A stretch of DNA of 64,000 nt from Chrysomallon squamiferum (Eukaryota > Animalia > Mollusca), in contig CM022669.1 of assembly GCA_012295275.1 (NCBI GenBank), forward strand, positions 7,254,001-7,318,000, given 5' to 3'. How positions within the stretch are numbered: the stretch's first letter is position 1; every line of letters starts with the position of its first letter. The notes below the pieces were generated by a model, which did not search any database, was not told the DNA's origin, and saw only the letters and a list, made by a program, of their open reading frames with translations. Positions 54,821-64,000 of this stretch are shown one piece after another. The position numbers and the translations under genes are program-made.

Positions 54821-55866
54821 TATATTCTTTTAGTGAAAACTTAATATATAGTTTTCTAGTTTCATATTGTTTCACCTTTTTAATTTCTAATATATATTTT
54901 TTTTTATTGTTGTTTTTTATTTATTTATTTATTTATTTATTTTTTTTATAATTGCTCCCACTGTCACGCATTTTGAAATTTAAAAGTTCTCTAATTTATC
55001 AATTACAGAAAAATGTTTCTGTTATAATATCGGGCTCTAAGATGTTACAGCTAACGGAGTTTTTTGAATCAGACGCACGTGAAAAGCGGAAATCAGGTAC
55101 CGACGCTCCGCTGTAGGAGGAAATACCATGTATAATAAAACTGTAATGGTTGTTGTTTATAAAGAGAAAGTAAAAATAAGAGGTATAATAGTTCGTTATA
55201 GATCAACAACAAAGTTTGTGATCAAATAATTATTCTGGTAAGAAGAGATGATTTAATAAAACTTACAACATATATATTATATAATGTCACATGAGTAATA
55301 CAAAAACTATGAGTTGTATTTAGTGATGTTAGTTGCAAAACAGCGACTGCGCTAGGAAGTAACTTTCACAATCACAGGTACTTGTTGTACATTTTGTAGA
55401 GTTTACACTAGAAAGACAGATTTGTCGATTTGAGATGCTGTAGTGCCAGTGAGATTAGACATATTTAAATGATATTTTGATAGCTGCACAAGCTGCAGTC
55501 CAACAAAATTAATAAATAGGCATGGGTGATAGACCTAACGGGAAGATTATCTATCGTGTTATTTTTGTTATAAAATACTGTTTTAAGTAGATGATTAGGT
55601 TTAATATAATGCTTACTAATATTATCATTATCACAGAAGATTTGAATTAAGAAACGGGTAGGGAAATTATGTTTTGTGTGGGTGGGTGTGAATTAGTAGC
55701 CTATATAATAGTGACATAAGAATGTAATTTTGCAACTGACCTGTAAGTTTTTTAATAAAAAAAAATAATATTATTACATTATATAAGCTGTTGTTAATAT
55801 ATATTCCATGATTTGAAAACTTTTAAATTTATAATTAATTAATTTAGATGATTTTTTTATTTATCA

Positions 55867-55904
<38 letters not shown>

Positions 55905-55986
55905 TTGGTCTTTTATAATATATATTTAATATTTATATATTTTTTAACACTTAGATTATGAAAAACAAGTGCTGTCAGCATTGACT

Positions 55987-58071
55987 ATGAATACTGCAGA
56001 GAAGAAAGGCTGTCGGTCAATTCTGGACAAACTCAGTTATGATGAGGTGTTTTCTCTTAAAGACACTGTAACCAAGAAACAATTATCAACAGACAGTAGA
56101 AGAGGTAATGATATAATATATAATGTTTCAGTTCCAAGTACTTTTTATCTGAGTTTTAAGATCAAATGAAACTAAATTTTATTATCTAGTTTTTCTGTAA
56201 TGTCAGAATCATATAAACAAATTAACAGTTTAATAATGTCTGTTTGTGACAGCTATGAGATAGAGGTTAAAATAATTGTAAAAATTTACCTGATACCATT
56301 AAAATAAGGAGCCTGTCACTTTAACATGGTTCTTCTCCATACTCAAAAGCAGTGTTACGTTAATCTAATTTAATCTTATCTAATTTCTATATCTCTCTGT
56401 GTTTTATAATTTTGTTTTTGTTTTCAGAAGCAATCGAGATAATCATTTCTTACAGTGAATCAGCAGAGGAGCTGCTTAAACGGAAGAAAATCAAACGGGA
56501 ACTGTTGTTTCAGTACCTGGCAGACAAAAGCATTGTTGTGTCTCCTGCTGCAGACAAAGCTCAACTCACAGCAAGATGTCTGGAACTCTGGGGCTCTGGT
56601 GATTGCAAAAAATATCAGCAGGTATCATTAATTGACAACATCAGCCATATTAATCAACATTGATAGGATATGTCTTGATGTAACTGTGACATTAATTTTG
56701 CTAGTGAAATGGCAGGTAGATAATTAGTTATTAATTTTTATTTTCTATCATTTGAGGAATTATTATTGTAGGATGATCATGTTAATGTATATATTTTTAT
56801 TTTATTTTCTATTTTTGATGCTTTCAGAAGTAATTCTGATTCACTCTCTCTCTCGGCTGTGTTTTCTCTACTCTTTAGAGTCAATTTATTATTATTGTTT
56901 TTCTTGTTCTTATTGTTATTTGTTATTTGTTATTTTTATTGTTATTGTAATTTTTTGTTTATTCTTATTTTTGTAACAAGAGTATACTTAAAACTTGTAT
57001 AGTCTAATAAATAACATAACACTGAAATTGGTTTCTTTTTTGCATGCATTTTTAGTAAACAACTGATACCAGTATTCAGACTGGTAAAAATGTTCTTTGT
57101 GGTACTAAAACTGAAGTGTTTAGTGTTTAAGAAATGTCATTTTCTAAATTATTCTCTCTCAAAACTAAAAATTTAAGACCCACATTTGTACACAATGAGA
57201 CTGAACTGTTTTTTTAATTTTTTTTTTCTTTTTCAAATAGCTGCAAGATGAACACTATAGAGTAAAACCATTAACAGCGACAACGAAGCCAGCAGCAACC
57301 AGAGGCAACAACAGCCATTATCGTGTTCCTGCATTCTCAAGTTCTGGATTGCCGAATCGAAATGAATCATGCAACTTTGACAGAGGCCAAGACCAACAGT
57401 TTGATAGAATACAAGGGGCAGCAGGCACAAGTAAAGTGCAACAGTTCAATGAAATACACAAGACACATGTGAACATAATACACCAGACCAACATTCACGT
57501 GGTACAGGACACCGACATAAAGGTAAATCAGGTGTCTGGAAGTGATATTCAGAGAACACAGCACGGTGAAGTGAACAACACGGAGCAGTCTATAGGTGAA
57601 GCTTTTGCCTCCTGGTTTTATAAGACTCTCAACTCCAACAATCCCACTTTAGGACAAACATCTGAAAACTTTGGGCCTCAGCACTTCTGGGATGACGTCG
57701 TCATGTACTTGTTGTGTTCGACTCCTGAGCTCAGATCAGACAAGTACACAGGAAGTGCTCAAGTTGCAGAGAGATTCCTTGCTTTAGTGAAAGAAGAACT
57801 GATTCTCTTCAACCCCAACATCGGCAGCAGTGGTGTCCGCGTTGAAACCACTGTTCATGGTCTGATGGCGGTTTTTGTGTGTGGCACTCTTCACAGAAAC
57901 AGTGACCTCCTGGGAGTCTTTCAGCAAATGTTTGGTCTTGTCCGAGATCCCCGGTTTGAAAATAACTGGAAAATTAAAGCCACAAAGTTAGGTCTGCAGA
58001 ACACACAAGTGATGCGTGTGCCTTGCTTACACGATTTTAATCAATCACAGATCCTCAGTCTTGATATGTAG
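55987..58071 (+). CDS. C3orf38: C3orf38 homolog (DUF4518-like, uncharacterised), about 380 aa
   Basis: Exons 55987-56104, 56428-56621 and 57241-58071, phases 1 and 0. Motifs GCRSIL..DEV..LKDTVT, YSESAEELLKRKK, FASWFY..LNS.NP, FGPQHFWDD, LVKEE..FNPN, HGL..V.VCGTLHR and LGVFQQMFGLVRDP..NNWKIK match recalled C3orf38. The start could extend into an upstream exon because the frame is open back to the acceptor at 55954. Confidence 0.9.
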
Positions 58072-58080
58072 TAATAGTAA

Positions 58081-58215
58081 CTGAACATTGTACATATTTG
58101 CATTTAAAGTTTGACTGATCATTGTACATATATTCAGTTAAAATTTGATTGAACATTCTACATATATGCAGTTCAACTTTGACTGAATATTGTACATATA
58201 TTCAGTTAAAATTTT
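58081..58215. repeat. 34-bp minisatellite x4 immediately after the C3orf38 stop
   Basis: Four variants of ctgaacattgtacatat.tgcagttaaa.tttga. Confidence 0.85.
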
Positions 58216-58480
58216 GTAATCAGTTGTTAGAATTTTATACTAGGTTAACAGAACACTACCAAAACAAAACAAAGAGGGAGGTAATCTTTTTTCAAACTAG
58301 TCCTGTTATGTAATACTTTCTGATTATTTATATGTTCTCTTTCATTGGTAGTCTTATTCTGAAACTTTGATGGATTTTGTACATTTTACTCTTGTTGACT
58401 TACTTAGACTAAAAAATTTGATGTTTTGTAACAGTGAACACAGTAATTCTCTCTCTCTCTCTCTCTCCCTCCCTCCCCCT

Positions 58481-58602
<122 letters not shown>

Positions 58603-59415
58603 TCACACACAACCAGAGTGTCATCCCAGCTGGTTGAACAATAAAAAATAGCCTGTAACATTAACACTACCTTATTATCTGTGTAGTTAATGAACTCACT
58701 CATCAGTTGAGTAACGTAGTCCAGCCACTGTGAATCTTTGACACTGTGCAGAACAGTAAAGCTATCACTGTTGTTTTAAATCTTAGACTAACTTGTAATA
58801 AACAATAAAAATCTGATAGTCATTAATACAGGCTATCAATCAATGATTCCTCGTTGACACAGAGAGTTGTAGATTTGGTGAAGGAAGTAGAGAAATACAA
58901 AAGAGTATGAACGCAGATAATCTGTTTCCAACTAAAGTGGAACATCTGGTCATAATAACTTAGGTAACAGTGCTTATTTGTAAGGCTACTGAACCCTATC
59001 TGTTGCTGTGTTAGTGGTTTGACCAAATGGAAATAAGCCCCCCCCTTATATGTGTCTTTATACACCCACCCCCACACACACAAATATATTTTGAATGAAA
59101 AAGAAAATGCTGATCAATAAAAATGGTTTTCCCAAAATTCTTATATTGAGTGAGTCTCTATACTTGGATATTTAAAATACAGAAAGGAAAGAAAAAAGCT
59201 CAACAAAACAACAAAAAGTGTTAGTACCCACGTTTTAATAAATTAAATATATGGACATACATCATCACTATAACTGAAAGGAAAATTACAATATATATAT
59301 ATATTTGTATATATTTTCATTCACAGTCATTATAATGAATATTGTATATATCAAAATAATTATAATAAAAGGTATATATTATTAAAGACGATCATGTAAT
59401 ATATATATGTAAATA

Positions 59416-59447
<32 letters not shown>

Positions 59448-59642
59448 CAAATATGATAAAAAAAAAAGAAGTAAATAAAAAATAAAATGTAAAATAAATC
59501 TCAGAAACCCAGAAATAAAATTAGAGAGTGAAAATTAGTATTTCATTATTCACGACTGTGGTGAGCAATTTATGTTTCTAAATTTTATTTTATTTTTTAA
59601 CATTATTTATTTATTTATTTAATAATAACAATTATAATAACA

Positions 59643-59687
<45 letters not shown>

Positions 59688-59999
59688 GCTGTTGTTGTTT
59701 ATTTATTTATTTATTTATTGAAGATGAACTGAAAACCAAAATATTGTGTGTGTGTGTGTGTGTAAAACCAACACCGCTGACAAGGCAGGATTTTAAGTAT
59801 TTTTCTTCACTGCGATCACAGTAATTATTATATGATCGCTCGACAAACAGCTTTCCCTTCCTATCCCACATCTCGTTTGAATGACTAAAATATCTGACGT
59901 CGTTGAACGATCACTGCTTCAGTCAGACAGCTGTTTCAAATATAGAGCGTCCATGTACGTGTAAATGTAACAGACGAGGGGAAAACACGTCCACTCGCT

Positions 60000-61145
60000 T
60001 TAATCTTCAAAGGTTAATGAATTTTTACACAATAAATTGTCTTTCACTTTCTCCCATATGTCGTAAAATGTTTTAGCAAAAATCTGCTGGGAAACAATCT
60101 TCATTCCGAGGACCAGTTCACAGGGTTTGGCAGCTCCACTTAGTTTGTAGTCTCTGAGAGGTAAGTGTCTGATGTTGTACGGTTTTGCCAGTATCCCAGT
60201 GATGTGGGCATCCTCGATGCTGACGTAGGGCATGTACTCTGACAAAGCGAGGAGTTTGAAGACAATATGTGTGGGCAGGATATATGTGTTGCCTTTAACG
60301 TGAGGAGGATAGACCTTGACCGGGTAATCATTAACAGGAACTTTGTATTTGCCAAGTCTGTTCACAAAATCGAAATAAAAGAAGGGACCACATATTTTAT
60401 TATTTAAGTTATTTTTCTCCAGATATTTCACCAGTTTCGGGAGATTAACGTACGTATCCTCGTCCACCTTCATCACGTATTTGGTTTGACTACAGAATTC
60501 TTTCACCCATTTGAAGCCCATAAGAACCTTCCGAGTCAGATTGAAGTACGTGTCGTCAAGATCAATCAATACGAGATCTCCTTTCTCTTTAGCCTCTTTG
60601 GCCACGGCTGCATTTAAAGATTCGTTTTTGCTGACGCCGATAATAAAAACTAATTTTGTTGGGAATTTCTGAGTCAAACCAGGCCACGATCCGTTGATAG
60701 AAACGCTTCCCCAGGTGTCGCGAATAGCTTGTCTCTGAGACTTCATATGATGTTGTGACAAGACCAGAACCACGAAAGAATATATTTTATTTGTCGTACA
60801 TGGTGCGGAAGTGTGTTCTAAAAAAGCATAGTTCAAAGGAGAAACTTTTATTGATCTTGGTTTAAAGTAACTTTCAAATTTAAACAAGCTACCATATCCA
60901 TAAAAGTTATTTATAGAGAAAGCTTCAGGCACAGGTAGCTTCTTTACTAAGCTTAACGGATCCACTGTGGACGCTTGATATGTCAGTATCCTTACCCTGG
61001 GATTAGAAACAGCCGTTTTTGTATGTGTTTCACGTGGTTCTGTCATTAAAGTGAAGTAATTAAAAGCGAAGTATGCGAAACATGCACATGCAAAAATGAA
61101 CACCATCCTTGTTAGTTGGTCGAAACGGTAACGCAGTCTATACAT
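60000..61145 (-). CDS. Beta-1,3-galactosyltransferase-like (GT31, Galactosyl_T), type II membrane protein, 381 aa, single coding exon
   Basis: The ATG at 61145 lies downstream of a ttcag acceptor (61161). It has an N-terminal TM and the motifs RQAIRDTWG, DTYFNLTRK, YVMKVDEDTYVN (DxD), YPP and EDAHITG. Confidence 0.93.
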   Translation of the reverse strand: MYRLRYRFDQLTRMVFIFACACFAYFAFNYFTLMTEPRETHTKTAVSNPRVRILTYQASTVDPLSLVKKLPVPEAFSINNFYGYGSLFKFESYFKPRSIKVSPLNYAFLEHTSAPCTTNKIYSFVVLVLSQHHMKSQRQAIRDTWGSVSINGSWPGLTQKFPTKLVFIIGVSKNESLNAAVAKEAKEKGDLVLIDLDDTYFNLTRKVLMGFKWVKEFCSQTKYVMKVDEDTYVNLPKLVKYLEKNNLNNKICGPFFYFDFVNRLGKYKVPVNDYPVKVYPPHVKGNTYILPTHIVFKLLALSEYMPYVSIEDAHITGILAKPYNIRHLPLRDYKLSGAAKPCELVLGMKIVSQQIFAKTFYDIWEKVKDNLLCKNSLTFED

Positions 61146-62107
61146 TACGTTAGAGCTGATCTGAAATAATAATAATAATAATAACAACAACAACAACAAC
61201 AACAACAACAGCAACAACAACGATGATGCTTCTGCTAATAATAATAATAATAATAACAACAACAACAACAGTAACAGTAATAACAACGAAGATGATATTT
61301 GTATGAACTGATAAAGTTATTTGTACTTGTACTTACGAGTGATTTAAATGAAAAGGCAGAGGATTCGCATACTAATTAACACGTGTACACTTTTATTGCA
61401 TGCCCTCCCTCCTTCGTTGAACCAATAACGTTGCTTGTCGTTGCAGCAGCTGCAAAAGGTAAACTCATTATTAATAGGTTTTATTTTATTGTTTTATACG
61501 ATTTGAATAATTAAATATTTGCTTCACATCTTGTGGTACGTTTATGTCATTAACAGTGTGTGTGTGTGTGTGTGTGTGTGCGCGTATGTCCGATCGTGGT
61601 GTGTTTATGTGTGTGTATATGTCTGTGTGTGGCTAAACATACAATTTCTTGAACAATAACGATACGAGAAAGGAAACCCGATGTTTTTAACAGTGAGCAG
61701 TAAGACACCCTTCATATCTATGTTCACAGAGAGCAGCATGTACCATGTACTTTTATGATGTACTCGCGCGATTACCAGACGAATTCTTTGATATATACAT
61801 GTATATGTTACACTTATACACACATACACATACAAAGACACACATACATGCGTGCATACTGTCTATGTGCAGGGTCGTACATAAGATAGAGAATATTCAA
61901 ATCCTAAAATACATACATGCAACGTTGTCTCGGTGGAGGAGTGGTGTCGTCGTCGTCCGCCATATTGTCAGCATCATCTGACGTTTGTGACGAGATGTCG
62001 TCCTCGTGATTAGAGGTCGTGATTAGATGTTGTCCTCCTTAGCCAGTGCATTCCCTAACGTTGTCTATGGGCAGAGTCGAATCATATATGCCCGCATTCA
62101 CACCCAA

Positions 62108-62194
<87 letters not shown>

Positions 62195-62213
62195 CCTCCC
62201 TCCCTCCCTCCCT

Positions 62214-62285
<72 letters not shown>

Positions 62286-62759
62286 GACAAAAAGATTTTA
62301 TTCCAAATTTAAAATACCTTATATTTGATTCATTTGCATTCGTTAGCAGATAACATCTGTTGCAGATTAAACTTGATTAAATATGTAATATAATTTCTGT
62401 AGTATTTTTTTAAATTTTTTTAATTTTTTTTTTAACCTTTCATTTCAATTTTGCTATTCCGCCACCCAGTACACCATTATACTACAAACCATTATAAGTA
62501 TACCCTTCACTCTACGACTATTCCACAACTCAGTATATCGCCATTCAGAATACTGCCTTCCATTATGTAACCACTTAATATACGAACTATCTTTTATTTT
62601 TTATATTTTTTTATTTTATTTTTTTTAATTTTTTACCGCACCCATCATATCGCCATTTACAACATTTTACTGCCATCCCTCAGCGCTGACACTTCAGTGA
62701 GATACAGATAACTGAAGATCATTTTTCACTGCTGTGTATGAATCGATATAATGTTATAA

Positions 62760-63255
62760 CACCTGACTGGCACCGTCGTCTCCCTGAGTCCACCTCACCC
62801 TGGAGAAAGTTCCTGCAAATGGCATTCCAGATCTAAGGAAGGATAAGCCGGCTTTCCTGCAGTGTTGTTGACGGATTTGGAAAACGTCGCAAACGTCGTT
62901 CCAGTTCGTCCCAGACATTTTGGACTGATATGAGATTCAGGGACCTGAGAGTGTAGCAGATCAACATTGTCCTGATTGAGGTACTGCTGCACAATTCTAG
63001 AGATGTGTCGTCTGCTGTGTTACTGTGTTGTCTGTCATGTGATCTCTCACAGACGTCGACGTTGACGTTGGCTTGTCATCTTCGGACTGTTCTGCTGATA
63101 CATCGCTCTTGACAGGCATAGGTTTGGCCTATGAGAGTCGCTCGCTGAAACCTGTTTCGCAAATGCATGGTTCGGATCCATGTGGTTTGGCGACAAGGTT
63201 GTCACGGCTGGACGGCCGCTACGGGGACGGTCGCTGAGCTGATTCGTGGGCGTAA
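62760..63255 (-). mobile_element. Decayed, internally deleted Tc1-like transposase remnant
   Basis: Minus-strand fragments in shifting frames: QLSDRPRSGRPAVTT (GRPR-type linker), RIVQQYLNQDNVDLL, NVWDELERRLRRFPNPSTTLQE, IWNAI..NFLQGEVDSGRRRCQ. These are typical Tc1 motifs with frameshifts and stops. Confidence 0.8.
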
Positions 63256-63968
63256 TAGCTAACGTGAAGCTAACATTTTAAACCTTCGTGGGAAACCTCA
63301 GTGTACATCTCAGACTTAGGATGAAAGGTCATTAAGATAACAAATAATTAAATGATCACAAACTGGGTAGATCAATGAATCTCACATACCCTTACAAGAG
63401 AGATGCTGGAAACTCTAACATCATTGATTCACTGGTTAACTTACATTCAGTGATAATTAAGCATATACAAAATATACAGGTTTGCTCTGTGATAAATGAT
63501 CTTCTCTTGTAACTATATGTGTTGTTCACAGGGATCTAAAGATGGCTGACTCGTCAGTTTACTGTTGAAACTTTATCACAAGATGAAAATGCTGACTAAA
63601 CCTTTCAAAGTTTTTCCAGCTGATAATCTATCATAATTTTATTAATAAATTTTGGTATGATTTTATAGCTGCGTATGTTGTTTTATTGTTTCATTATTTT
63701 ATTTTATTTTATTATTCCTCCCCACCCGCAATATCAGAACTATTTCTTGAACCACTTTTTAATTATTTTTTTTATCTCAACTCCAAATTTAGAGGTCTGA
63801 TTCACGGACTAATGCTGATTTTTGCTAGATTTCGTCATATGGCCCAATTCGAGCGAACACATGTAGTACTGCATTTGACAAAGCGATTTCAGAGACCTTT
63901 GAACAGTACCGTATAAATAAACAAAAAATAAATAAAAGTAACAACAACAACAAAACAACAACAACAAC

Positions 63969-64000
<32 letters not shown>

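Noticed and set aside
58081-58215. Regularly spaced 34-bp repeats as a CRISPR-like array
   Set aside because: The units are contiguous with no unique spacers, the context is eukaryotic, and there are no cas genes.
61146-61286. Poly-Leu N-terminal extension of the GT31 ORF
   Set aside because: Beyond the acceptor at 61161 it is an intronic (TTG/TTA)n repeat; the plausible start is the ATG at 61145.

Overview
AT-rich, microsatellite-dense animal genomic DNA with GT-AG introns. An invertebrate, plausibly a mollusc or other lophotrochozoan, is an inference. Left to right, the window holds: the 5' five coding exons of CEP120 (minus, running off the left edge), head-to-head with a complete casein kinase 1 gamma gene (CSNK1G/gilgamesh, plus); an intronless, strongly divergent rhodopsin-class GPCR (minus); two tandem 3-exon genes for secreted 10-Cys prokineticin/colipase-fold peptides (minus), one frameshifted by a 5-bp duplication; a C3orf38-like gene (plus); a GT31 beta-1,3-glycosyltransferase (minus); and a decayed Tc1 transposase. 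The most interesting structure is at the 3' end of CK1gamma. It has two alternative terminal exons, each encoding a Cys-palmitoylation/polybasic anchor. A long-range stem could loop out the first of these exons, and a 55-codon open extension follows the leaky-type TGA-C stop of the second. Near exon 9, two sequences compete for one complementary site, and one of them covers the exon 9 donor. All exon boundaries and base pairings were read by hand; family assignments rest on recalled motifs, not database searches.
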